Assembly: GCA_030427805.1 (NCBI GenBank)
Contig: JAUICP010000006.1
Coordinates: 138,364 to 202,363, forward strand
DNA: 64,000 nt
From: Bdellovibrionia bacterium
GTDB lineage: Bacteria; Bdellovibrionota; Bdellovibrionia; Bdellovibrionales; JAGQZY01
Reading direction: 5' to 3'
A program made the position numbers and the translations under genes. Below the pieces are notes generated by a model that was not told where the DNA came from, ran no database searches, and saw only the letters and a program-made list of their open reading frames with translations. Below, piece after piece: positions 1 through 8,905 of the stretch. Position 1 is the first letter of the stretch, and each line of letters starts with the position of its first letter.

Positions 1-566
1 TTATCTGGAGTGATTTCATTTCCTGCAAATTCAACTCGAAGATATTTAAGAACACCTGAGCTATCCATGGCATCAGTTCCGCCGTAGAATCCAGTAGCTC
101 CTTCACCCTCGGCTTCGCAAACACCCGAATCACAACCGTTGATGGGAGCGTTTCCGTTGATGATGAGTCCACCCCAGTCACCACGTTGACGCTGACCCTC
201 AGCTTTTGCAGAGGTCATCACGATGGGAGCATCTGCCGTCCCTTGAGCAAAAATTTGAGAGCCACGTGTGATCACGAGGTAATCAGCACCTGATTTGCCG
301 TAAATTTTTGTCCCCGCTTGAATGCGGAGAACCGAATTTTCTTTGTTGTCGTTTCCAAAGAAAACTCCACCCTCTAAAACGTATTCATTATTATTTGTGA
401 GTACCATTTCAGTATTCATGTATGAACCACTGAGAAGGCACGCTGTTTTACCGTTTGGAGCGCCCAAATCTTGGGTCCCAGCAGGACAATTTGCAGAGGC
501 TACTGAAGTAGCACCCAACACGACTAATGTCGCTGCACCTGTAAAAAATGATTTAAGTGACATCAT
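1..566 (-). CDS. secreted protein of unknown function, N-terminal ~188 aa (3' end lies outside the window)
   Basis: A minus-strand frame is open from the ATG at 566 to the window edge. It is absent from the ORF track because it has no in-window stop. Hand translation: MMSLKSFFTGAATLVVLGATSVASA/NCPAGTQDLG...RGDWGGLIINGNAPINGCDSGVCEAEGEG...LKYLRVEFAGNEITPD. It has a clear Sec signal peptide. The overlapping + ORF 322..630 has no recognisable features. Confidence 0.7.
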   Translation of the reverse strand, partial: MMSLKSFFTGAATLVVLGATSVASANCPAGTQDLGAPNGKTACLLSGSYMNTEMVLTNNNEYVLEGGVFFGNDNKENSVLRIQAGTKIYGKSGADYLVITRGSQIFAQGTADAPIVMTSAKAEGQRQRGDWGGLIINGNAPINGCDSGVCEAEGEGATGFYGGTDAMDSSGVLKYLRVEFAGNEITPD

Positions 567-949
567 AGAACCAACCTTTCGATGTTTGATAAAAAGGGCT
601 TTCCCTATGCCCTTTCGAGAACATCTATAAGAAAAATCCTACGAAAATTCACATCAGGGTTTAGTCAGGGTTCTGTTAGCGAAGTAAATAATCTAACGAC
701 TTACCGTATCATTGGGCTTAATTTGCAGATCAACTAGACCTTTATAATTATTTGAAAGTTTAATTTCCCAATTTTTAGATAAGTCTGGTGGCACCATTGC
801 ACCGTCAAACATCTTTTACACTGATTAGTAATTCAACACCGCACATTTGAGGGATGTTTCAAATTGAGAGAGTTCCTCATAGGATATGATCCGCGATTCG
901 ACCTATGAGATTCTAAATAAGGGTTATGACTTAATTTCTGGGGGGAAAT

Positions 950-2035
950 TTGAAATCAATCTATCGCGCGATCGTTCTGGCGCTTCTACTGACTTTTAGT
1001 GTTTTAGGTTACCAAAACTGCTCTGAATCAGATGCATTCAAACTCAGCAGTAAAACAACTAATGACGGGACCGATAACCAAGGCCCTCTTGATGACAATG
1101 GCAATGTACCTGAAGAAGAAGAGCAACAAACGCCAAAGGCCTTTTATGCCGGCGATGCCTTCTCTATTAATAAGATTCCATACACACTAGATAGCGGATC
1201 CTATCAAAATATTGTTGATAATTACGCAGGCCTAGCAAATCCAAAAGCCATTGCGGTGGCAGCTAATGGAATGGCTTCAGCCTGGGGTGGAGCCAGCTTT
1301 TCGAGCCAAGCCGAAGTCAATCAAGCCATGCTTGAGCGTTGCCAACTCAAAACCGGCAACCAGGCCTGTGCTATTTTCGCCGAAGGCGACTTAATTAAAT
1401 ATGATGAAGATGTTTTCTACAACTCACTTGGTTATTCGATTCAACCGACGACCACTTTTGATGCCTCAAAAGTTCCCGGCGTAAACAATAATACGAAAAC
1501 TAATCTCGCCGGTAACAACTACGCCAATCGAACCAATGCCTTTAAAGCGGTGGCCATCGGTTATGTCGGTAACTCCAATGTCGGATGGAGCGAAGTCAGT
1601 CAAGCTGAAGCAACCAGAAGAGCCATCGAGCGCTGCGAATATGTTTCTGACCTCCCCTGTAATGTCTTCGCAGAGGGCAATACCGTGGTATTTGATTTTA
1701 CAACGATCACTTGGAGCCCAAGGCTTTTAACCTATGGCCCCGTCGCCTATGATACCTTGAAAGTTCCATTTGTCAGAGAACAGGACCGAGATGGCAACTT
1801 TGCCGACATCCCCGGTCGGGTTGGAAATGGTCAAAGAGTGGTCGCTGCCCTCCACGTAGCTGGTTACTATTTTATAGGAGTGGATGATAACAATCTTGCC
1901 GCAGCAGAAGATACGGCTCTCACCAATTGCAATAATTCAGTTCCAGCCACGAGTAGCTATAACTGTTTTGTATATTCTCGCGATCTCAACGTGGTAATGA
2001 CCCACGATACGATTGTTAATTCAAGGAAGCCTTAA
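950..2035 (+). CDS. secreted protein with three internal DUF4189-like Cys-pair repeats
   Basis: TTG start and an N-terminal signal peptide (MKSIYRAIVLALLLTFSVLGYQNC). There are three similar segments, each with ...AEA..A...C-x(5-11)-C.[IV]FA. Confidence 0.8.
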   Translation: MKSIYRAIVLALLLTFSVLGYQNCSESDAFKLSSKTTNDGTDNQGPLDDNGNVPEEEEQQTPKAFYAGDAFSINKIPYTLDSGSYQNIVDNYAGLANPKAIAVAANGMASAWGGASFSSQAEVNQAMLERCQLKTGNQACAIFAEGDLIKYDEDVFYNSLGYSIQPTTTFDASKVPGVNNNTKTNLAGNNYANRTNAFKAVAIGYVGNSNVGWSEVSQAEATRRAIERCEYVSDLPCNVFAEGNTVVFDFTTITWSPRLLTYGPVAYDTLKVPFVREQDRDGNFADIPGRVGNGQRVVAALHVAGYYFIGVDDNNLAAAEDTALTNCNNSVPATSSYNCFVYSRDLNVVMTHDTIVNSRKP

Positions 2036-2039
2036 CTAT

Positions 2040-3539
2040 CTACTGAACAGCCTGTAGATAGTTCGGATTCTTTTTAATACTAGCTTCTTCGGCGATTGAT
2101 TCCGTCCAAGAATTGAGCGCACCTTCGACTCGAGCTCGACTCATCAACTGCGCAAAATAAGGATAGGCCTTCATCGGATCATCTTTAGAGTCTTCGACCC
2201 TCATTTCATTAAGTCGAATGATATAGGCTTTTGATCCCTGGCGAATCAAACTGTTGTGGATGTCTCCCTTTTCTTTAAGGCCAATGGCTGCACTTAAAAA
2301 CTGCTCATTAAGACCAATTTTAGGAATTCTTTGCGCTCCCAAATTAAAGAAATCCGTTTGATCCCACTTGAGTTTATATGATCCAATTAATTGGTCGACC
2401 GATGACTTCTCGCCCGTCTGAACAGCCTTTTCAGCTTCGTTAAACAGTCGATCCATTTCATCTTGGGCTATTAATGTCTTGGCAATGGTCTTTTTAAGTT
2501 CGTCATCGAGCTCCTTCGCCTCAGCTTCGATTCGGTCGGTCAGCTTGATAAGAGTATAGCCTTGCTCAGTTTTAATAGGATCACTCACATCACCTTTTTT
2601 CATACTAAAGGCAGCACTCTCAAGTTTCTTATCGAAGCTTCCCTTTTCGAAAAAACCGAGATCTCCGTTTTTAGCTTTCGACTGGGGATCTTCACTGTGT
2701 TTGGCAACCATCTCCTCAAAGTTGTCGAAGTTAATCTCTTTTTTAATCTTCTCAATCTCACCCAATGCCTCACTCGACTTATTCATATCGTCTTCAGGCG
2801 CTGTAATAAGTAAGATAGAGGCTCTCACTTTTTCGGGGTTTGTGAAGCGCGTACTTTTGTTATTGTCATAAAAACTTTGGATTCTCGCCTGGTTTTTCTC
2901 GTCCTGAACGAACTGAGAAATTTCATCGGCACTGGCTGTTCGAGTCACCTTTTTGTCTTTGTTTAACTCGACAAATCCGATGTTGAGTTTTGTATTCTTA
3001 AGAACATCTTCTTTTTCTTGCTCTAAAGAAAGTCGATCCAGGGACGCACTAAACAGACCGCTCACCTTTTGCACCAAAAGGTCTTCACGAATCTGTTCCT
3101 CGATATTGACTCCTCTTCTCTTGTAATCTTCAAAGACATTTTTATATTTTGAGCGAGAGAACTTCCCCTCTTCAATAAAAATTGGGTATTGTTGAATCGT
3201 CTCAAAGACTTCTTGGTCAGAGACAAAAATATTTTCGTCTTTTGCCGCCTGAAGGATCAACTTTTTCTTGATCAAACTATCGAGAACCTGATTTTCGAGC
3301 TCTTTTCTTTGGGGCGTCGTTAAAGTCTTGCCTCGTTCTTGGTTTTTTACAATCTGCAGAACTTCGGCAGACGAAATCATTTCAGAGTTTACTTCTGCAG
3401 CGGCTCCGCCCGTATTAAATAGGGAACTCCCTCCGGTGAGACCAATAAAAGCGAGGGCGATCGTTGCCACAGTCAGCAGGAACCATCCGACGAGATTGTA
3501 AAGGGGATTTTTGCGTTTCTTTAAAACCGATTCAAACAT
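2040..3539 (-). CDS. ppiD: periplasmic chaperone / peptidyl-prolyl isomerase, PpiD/SurA-like
   Basis: N-terminal membrane anchor (LYNLVGWFLLTVATIALAFIGL) and a parvulin-type rotamase block (HSEDPQSKAKNGDLGFFEKGSFDKKLESAAFSMKKGDVSDPIKTEQGYTLIKL). I place the start at the ATG at 3539 (MFESVLKK), which is preceded by GGAGG, rather than at the ORF-track start at 3566. Confidence 0.8.
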   Translation of the reverse strand: MFESVLKKRKNPLYNLVGWFLLTVATIALAFIGLTGGSSLFNTGGAAAEVNSEMISSAEVLQIVKNQERGKTLTTPQRKELENQVLDSLIKKKLILQAAKDENIFVSDQEVFETIQQYPIFIEEGKFSRSKYKNVFEDYKRRGVNIEEQIREDLLVQKVSGLFSASLDRLSLEQEKEDVLKNTKLNIGFVELNKDKKVTRTASADEISQFVQDEKNQARIQSFYDNNKSTRFTNPEKVRASILLITAPEDDMNKSSEALGEIEKIKKEINFDNFEEMVAKHSEDPQSKAKNGDLGFFEKGSFDKKLESAAFSMKKGDVSDPIKTEQGYTLIKLTDRIEAEAKELDDELKKTIAKTLIAQDEMDRLFNEAEKAVQTGEKSSVDQLIGSYKLKWDQTDFFNLGAQRIPKIGLNEQFLSAAIGLKEKGDIHNSLIRQGSKAYIIRLNEMRVEDSKDDPMKAYPYFAQLMSRARVEGALNSWTESIAEEASIKKNPNYLQAVQ

Positions 3540-3631
3540 TTGAGCCTCCGTAAGCCCCCATTCCAATCATATTTGTAAGTTTTTTCAAGGAGATTGTTGG
3601 AAAGTGCGCCTGTCTTTGCTAGCTTTTTAGG

Positions 3632-4519
3632 GTGAACTTTTTCTCTTTTGATCTCAGAAAAATATTAATGTTCGTTTTTTTGGCGGCGATCCCCTTGGTA
3701 TTAATGAATACCGAGCAGGACCCTAAAGATACCGCGTTGTATAAAGTGCCATTTATCTATGTGGGTGGAACCCTGCAAAAGGCCTATGCCGGCTTTAGCG
3801 GGATGATCCGAGGAACCACTCGCCAGTATCTCGACCTCATCGGTCTCAAGAACGAAATGGCAGAGATAAGGGATGAGAACCAACTCCTTAAAGCCAAACT
3901 CATGCAATACGAAGAAGTCGTCGAAGAAAACAAGCGCCTGGGGCAACTTCTCAATTTTAAAATCCGAACTAAAATGAAGCTTCTGCCGGCAAAAGTCGTT
4001 GGCCATGACCTCTCTGCCGATCATTTTACGATTACAATCAATCGGGGCCTCAAACATGGCTTGAAAAAGCTGCAAGCCGTCATTTCCGTGGACGGAGTCG
4101 TTGGCTATATTTTTGAACCCCAGCAACATATCTCACAGGTCCTGTTACTGACCGATCGCTCGGCGAGCGTTGACGCGATAGTTCAGCGAACTCGGGCTCG
4201 CGGAATCTCCGTTGGACGATCTGTTCAATCCTGTCGACTGCGATATCTAGAACGCTCCGATGATATAAAAGAAGGAGACAAGGTCGTCACAAGCGGACTG
4301 CAAGGTTACTTCCCCAAAGGCTTTCCCATTGGTGAGGTCGAAACCATTAAAAGTACCGAGTACGGAATTTCCGTTGAGGCCTTTTTAAAGCCTTCCGTTA
4401 ATGCCTCTAAACTTGAAGAAGTCTTTATCGTCCTCGAAACCGGAGAAGCCGATCTAAAGCTGCAAAGCCAATCTGAAAAAGAAGAAGCTCCGAAAAAAGA
4501 AACGGAAAGTGGTGAGTGA
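3632..4519 (+). CDS. mreC: rod shape-determining protein MreC
   Basis: N-terminal TM, a coiled-coil (ENQLLKAKLMQYEEVVEENKRL), then the MreC beta-domain (VISVDGVVGYI, VVTSGLQGYFPKGFPIGEV). Its stop overlaps the next gene's start (GTGA). Confidence 0.9.
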   Translation: MNFFSFDLRKILMFVFLAAIPLVLMNTEQDPKDTALYKVPFIYVGGTLQKAYAGFSGMIRGTTRQYLDLIGLKNEMAEIRDENQLLKAKLMQYEEVVEENKRLGQLLNFKIRTKMKLLPAKVVGHDLSADHFTITINRGLKHGLKKLQAVISVDGVVGYIFEPQQHISQVLLLTDRSASVDAIVQRTRARGISVGRSVQSCRLRYLERSDDIKEGDKVVTSGLQGYFPKGFPIGEVETIKSTEYGISVEAFLKPSVNASKLEEVFIVLETGEADLKLQSQSEKEEAPKKETESGE

Positions 4520-5055
4520 GAGAAGTTAATCGCAGAATATTGAACATTGCTTTTTACGCTCTATTCACACTTATTCTGGTGAGCTTTCAAACTTCTCTTT
4601 GGCCCCAGTGGCTTGGCCCGATCCCTCCTCCTTATTTTTGGATACCAACAATCGTGTATTTGGCCCTCTACCAACCTCCCCTTAAAGCCGTCGTAACCAT
4701 TTACGTTACTTCGCTGGTCATTTCGTCGATGAGTTCAATGTCGGCGGGACTTCTCATGCTGAACCATTTACTTATTTTTACAATTCTTCTCGCTCTCAAA
4801 AGTCGAGTGTTTTGGCCGGGTACTTCTTACTTTATGCTCGCAACAGCCATCGCTAGCTTCGCGTTCAGCCCCTTCTTGTTCCTACTTTCAATTATGATCG
4901 AAGCGAACCCCATGCCCTACCCGAGAGTCCTACCCTGGCTCACTGCCGTTTTGCTCACTCCCATTTTAAGCCCCTTCTTGTATAATATTTTTATTTGGAC
5001 GGATCGAACCACTAAAATTGACCAGGCTAAAGAGCTTGGAGCGGACTTTATATAA
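4516..5055 (+). CDS. mreD: rod shape-determining protein MreD (polytopic membrane protein)
   Basis: 179 aa with about 5 hydrophobic helices. It sits between mreC and mrdA with overlapping start and stop codons on both sides. Confidence 0.75.
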   Translation: MREVNRRILNIAFYALFTLILVSFQTSLWPQWLGPIPPPYFWIPTIVYLALYQPPLKAVVTIYVTSLVISSMSSMSAGLLMLNHLLIFTILLALKSRVFWPGTSYFMLATAIASFAFSPFLFLLSIMIEANPMPYPRVLPWLTAVLLTPILSPFLYNIFIWTDRTTKIDQAKELGADFI

Positions 5056-7202
5056 TGCAAATTAGTTCTCAAGACGCTGACCCAAAATCACTTCAATCGC
5101 GATACAAAATGCTTTATATCGCCGTGGGCTTCTTTATCTTCGTCATTATCACCCGTCTTTGGTTCTTGCAGATCATGCACGGCAATGAACTTCGAACCTT
5201 CTCTGAACAAAATCTCCTCAAAGAAATTCGCATCCCCGCTCCGCGCGGAATTATTTACGACCGCGAGGGAAAGATTCTCGTCGAAAATTTGACCGGGTTT
5301 GAAGCAACCATTTCTCCTCAGTACACCGAAGACCTGGAGGCGACTTCAAAGGCTGTTGCCAAAGTCCTCGATATGGCGTGGAAGAAAGTCGTTAAAAAAG
5401 TAAAAAAGAGTCGGCGTAAGGACGGACCTTTCCGACCCGTCATTATTAAAGACAACCTCACTCGAGATGAAGTGTTTAAGTTGGCACTTCTAAAACTCGA
5501 TCACCCCGGTCTCGATATTAAAGAGAATATTTTGCGAACTTATCCTTTGGGATCCAACGGCGCCCAGTTTTTTGGCTACGTGGGTGAAATTTCTAAAAAG
5601 CAAATCCCGGTTTACAACGAAAAGTTTGCTAATCAGCACGTATTTAAACAGGGCGATATTATCGGCCGCAGTGGCTTAGAAGAAACACTCGACCTCCATC
5701 TCCGGGGCCACGATGGGCTCTCCTTTGTAAAGGTGGATGCCAAGGGAAGAGAAGCTGCAAGTGAGTCCACAAAACTCCTTGGCCCCATCAGTCGTCCGCA
5801 AAGAGCCATTCCCGGCGCCAACCTCACCCTGACGATTGATAGAGATTTACAGCAGGCTGCATACAATGCCTTTCAAGAGAGTGAAAAAACAAAGACCGGG
5901 GCTCTGGTCATGCTGAAAACCAACGGCGAAGTTCTCGCTTGGATTAGTACTCCATCTTTTGACCCTAACGAATTCTCGCGCGGTATTTCCGCTAAACTCT
6001 GGTCCACCCTGGTGAATGACCCCGACAAGCCCCTGCGCAATAAAGTTCTACAAGATCACAACCCACCGGGATCTACATTTAAACCTTTCGTTGCACTCGC
6101 CGCTCTCCAAGAAGGAGTCATAACTAAGGACACTTTAGTCAATGCCCCTTGGCGGATAAAATTCGGGAGCCGCTATTACCACGATCACACTCGCTCTGGC
6201 CAAGGACAGGTTCGATTGAGAGAGGCCATCGAGCGTTCTTCGAACGTCTTTTTCTATCGGCAGGGAATCGCCCTCGGCGTCGACAAGATGTACAATTACA
6301 TTTCTCAACTGGGCATTGGTGAAAAAACGGGCATTGATCTCATTAACGAAATCCCTGGCCTGCTTCCCAACTCAAAATGGAAAAAAGAAAATATTGGTGA
6401 AGAATGGCAACCGGGCGAGAATCTCACCGTGGCCATTGGGCAGAGTTACGTTTTAACAACTCCCTTACAAATGGCAGCCGCCTATGCGGCAATTGGCACC
6501 AAAGGGAAACTCTTTAAACCCTTTATCGTGAAAAGCTTAAAGGCTCCCGATGGTCGAATTATAAAAGAAAACAAACCTAAACTCGTTCGCGATATTTCAG
6601 ACCCAAAAAATGAACACCATATCGAAAAACGCCACTTTGATGCCGTCAAAGAGGGACTCTGGCATGTGGCCAATGGTGATCGCGGAACCGCCAAGTGGTG
6701 GAAAATTCCCGGTGTAGAATTCGCAGGTAAAACGGGAACGGCCCAGGTCCGCGGTTTTTCTTCGGACCAAATTTACGATAAGTGTGAGGAGCGCCCTAGA
6801 GAACAACGCCACCATGGATGGTTCATTGCTTATGCTCCAGCAGAAAACCCTGAAATTGCTGTTGCCGTTCTCGCCGAACACGCCTGTCACGGTTCTACCG
6901 GTGGTGCGCCGATCGCCCGCGATGCCATATGGGCTTATATGGAAAAGTATAAACCCGAAATGTTAAAGCCTCACAAGTGGTTAAAAGGACCCTTGCAGAG
7001 AATGCGCGAGGCCAAGGAAAAAGAAAAAGACCCAAAGAAATTGAAAAAGGCGCAAAAGAAGAAGAAACCTCTGAACCAGGCCAGCAATCAAATCTCTTCG
7101 CCACCGCCACCTCCGAAGCCAGCTCCCAAGCCCGATGCCGAAAATGGCTCAAGCACTGAAACTCAGAACCAAGATACAACAGCAACCCAACCAGCAGGAT
7201 AA
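5055..7202 (+). CDS. mrdA: penicillin-binding protein 2 (elongasome transpeptidase) with a Lys/Pro-rich C-terminal tail
   Basis: N-terminal TM. Transpeptidase motifs are present: SxxK (GSTFKP), SxN (RSSNVFF) and KTG (GKTGTAQV). The C-terminal ~75 aa are low-complexity (KEKEKDPKKLKKAQKKKKP...SSPPPPPKPAPKP). Confidence 0.93.
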   Translation: MQISSQDADPKSLQSRYKMLYIAVGFFIFVIITRLWFLQIMHGNELRTFSEQNLLKEIRIPAPRGIIYDREGKILVENLTGFEATISPQYTEDLEATSKAVAKVLDMAWKKVVKKVKKSRRKDGPFRPVIIKDNLTRDEVFKLALLKLDHPGLDIKENILRTYPLGSNGAQFFGYVGEISKKQIPVYNEKFANQHVFKQGDIIGRSGLEETLDLHLRGHDGLSFVKVDAKGREAASESTKLLGPISRPQRAIPGANLTLTIDRDLQQAAYNAFQESEKTKTGALVMLKTNGEVLAWISTPSFDPNEFSRGISAKLWSTLVNDPDKPLRNKVLQDHNPPGSTFKPFVALAALQEGVITKDTLVNAPWRIKFGSRYYHDHTRSGQGQVRLREAIERSSNVFFYRQGIALGVDKMYNYISQLGIGEKTGIDLINEIPGLLPNSKWKKENIGEEWQPGENLTVAIGQSYVLTTPLQMAAAYAAIGTKGKLFKPFIVKSLKAPDGRIIKENKPKLVRDISDPKNEHHIEKRHFDAVKEGLWHVANGDRGTAKWWKIPGVEFAGKTGTAQVRGFSSDQIYDKCEERPREQRHHGWFIAYAPAENPEIAVAVLAEHACHGSTGGAPIARDAIWAYMEKYKPEMLKPHKWLKGPLQRMREAKEKEKDPKKLKKAQKKKKPLNQASNQISSPPPPPKPAPKPDAENGSSTETQNQDTTATQPAG

Positions 7203-7207
7203 GTATT

Positions 7208-8314
7208 GTGCGAGTAAATGAAAGAACCTTTTTTAAACGAGTCGACCTCAATTTTGCCCTCGTCATTGCCGTGCTCAATTTCGTTGGTTTGGTCAATCTC
7301 TACAGCGCTAGCAGTAACGACGCCAGTGGTGCTTCGATGATCTTTTTTAAACAAATCGGATGGCTCACAGCCGGTTGGTTTATTTATTTCGTCCTCACAG
7401 TCATCGATTATAAGGTTTTTACGCGGATCGCTTGGTTTCTCTACGGACTCAATCTCGCCGCCTTGGCCGCTGTCGAATTCGTTGGAAAAACCTACTACGG
7501 GGCCCAAAGGTGGCTCGACCTTGGCTTTTTTCGCTATCAGCCCTCAGAAACCATGAAACTATGCCTTATTCTCATTCTCGCAAAGATTCTTTCGCGCAAA
7601 GCCTATGAAGGCGGAATGGGCTTTAAAGACCTGGTCTTTCCATTGATTATTACTGGCGTTCCCTTTCTGTTAACCGTCAAACAACCGGATTTAGGAACGG
7701 CCCTTTTATTTGTCGCCATCGCTGGATCGATGATGTTATTTGTCGGCGTAAAACGAAGAATCATTGTCACCGCGGCAATTATTGGCCTGATTACCGTGCC
7801 CGTTGCCTGGCAATTTGGTCTTAAAGAATACCAAAAAAGACGGGTTAGAACTTTTTTAACTCCGGGTAAGGATCCTCGGGGTGCCGGCTATAATTCGATA
7901 CAATCTAAAATCGCAGTCGGTAGCGGAAAAGTCTTGGGCAAAGGCTTTAGAAAAGGCTCCCAGAGTCAGCTTGAATTTCTACCTGAACGTCACACTGATT
8001 TTATTTTTTCGGTCCTCAGTGAGGAACATGGTTTCTTAGGTTCCCTAACTACGGTCAGTCTTTTCGCTATTTTGTTTATTAAAATCATAGGCATTGCCAG
8101 TCAGGCCCGCGAACGATTCGGGGCCATTATGACCGTGGGAATTCTTGCCTTTATTTTTTGGCATATGTTCGTCAATGTCGGGATGGTCATCGGTATCTTG
8201 CCCATTGTGGGCGTGCCGCTGCCACTCTTGTCCTATGGCGGATCGATATTGATCGCCACAATGGTTGGGCTTGGTTTAATTTCCGCCGTCTCTTACAGAC
8301 GGTACCTCTTTTAG
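7208..8314 (+). CDS. rodA: peptidoglycan glycosyltransferase RodA (SEDS family)
   Basis: About 10 TM segments. FtsW/RodA/SpoVE signatures are present (QPSETMKL, PDLGTALL, QSQLEFLPERHTDFIFSVLSEEHGF, PLPLLSYGGS). It lies directly after mrdA. Confidence 0.93.
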   Translation: MRVNERTFFKRVDLNFALVIAVLNFVGLVNLYSASSNDASGASMIFFKQIGWLTAGWFIYFVLTVIDYKVFTRIAWFLYGLNLAALAAVEFVGKTYYGAQRWLDLGFFRYQPSETMKLCLILILAKILSRKAYEGGMGFKDLVFPLIITGVPFLLTVKQPDLGTALLFVAIAGSMMLFVGVKRRIIVTAAIIGLITVPVAWQFGLKEYQKRRVRTFLTPGKDPRGAGYNSIQSKIAVGSGKVLGKGFRKGSQSQLEFLPERHTDFIFSVLSEEHGFLGSLTTVSLFAILFIKIIGIASQARERFGAIMTVGILAFIFWHMFVNVGMVIGILPIVGVPLPLLSYGGSILIATMVGLGLISAVSYRRYLF

Positions 8315-8345
8315 GTCGAAGAATTTCACCCAATATCTTTAAAAT

Positions 8346-8375
8346 AAAAAAGGAGCCATAAGGGGCTCCTTTTTT
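8346..8375. terminator. bidirectional intrinsic terminator between rodA (+) and trxA (-)
   Basis: AAAAA-AGGAGCC-ataagg-GGCTCCT-TTTTT. A 7-bp GC-rich stem is flanked by an A-tract and a T-tract, between converging genes. Confidence 0.7.
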
Positions 8376-8402
8376 ATAATTAGAAAATATCAAAACACAG
8401 AA

Positions 8403-8729
8403 TTAAACGTGCTTATTGATCATTTCTTGGATGTTTTCTTTGGGATGATTTCCAACGATCTGGTCCACCGCTTTTCCATCTTTAAACAAAATCAAGGTAG
8501 GAACGCCACGAACACCAAACTTAGCCGGAGTATCCTGATTCTGGTCAATATCCACCTTCATTACTTTGATTTTTCCCTGGAATTCATCAGCAATTTCATC
8601 CAACTTAGGCGCAAGCGCACGACAGGGGCCACACCATTCAGCCCAAAAATCGACGAGAGTTGGGACATCTGCCTTAAGAACATCATTTTCGAAATTAGTA
8701 TCAGTAGTTGGGAAAGTATTCGCCCCCAT
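8403..8729 (-). CDS. trxA: thioredoxin
   Basis: 108 aa with the WCGPC active site (FWAEWCGPCRALAP) and the canonical thioredoxin length. GGAGG lies 6 nt upstream of the ATG. Confidence 0.95.
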   Translation of the reverse strand: MGANTFPTTDTNFENDVLKADVPTLVDFWAEWCGPCRALAPKLDEIADEFQGKIKVMKVDIDQNQDTPAKFGVRGVPTLILFKDGKAVDQIVGNHPKENIQEMINKHV

Positions 8730-8905
8730 TTCAAGCCTCCTTTAAAAGCTTCAATTCTTTGAAACCCTCTCAAACTGACACAATCTGGACCTATTTTAAA
8801 TTTAAAAAGAGAATTTCTTATGCCGCGTCAATACCATGGTCCTGCTTTTACAAAACAAAGGCCCTTTCCTTTAAAAAATTAAGCTTAAAGGGCCGATAGG
8901 TAAGT

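Noticed and set aside
322-630. A 102-aa + strand ORF in the ORF track.
   Set aside because: It lies entirely antisense to a better minus-strand frame (1..566) that has a signal peptide and no stops. The + ORF has no SD and no recognisable features.
789-801. A sigma-54-like string, TGGCACCATTGCA.
   Set aside because: The GG and GC elements are 3 nt too close compared with TGGCAC-N5-TTGC, so this is not a functional -24/-12 geometry.
2630-2655. GAAGCTTCCCTTTTCGAAAAAA, which resembles the core of the 35-nt motif.
   Set aside because: It lies inside the ppiD-like coding sequence. It covers only ~16 nt with an indel, and it lacks the GGTAG flanks. Probably coincidence.
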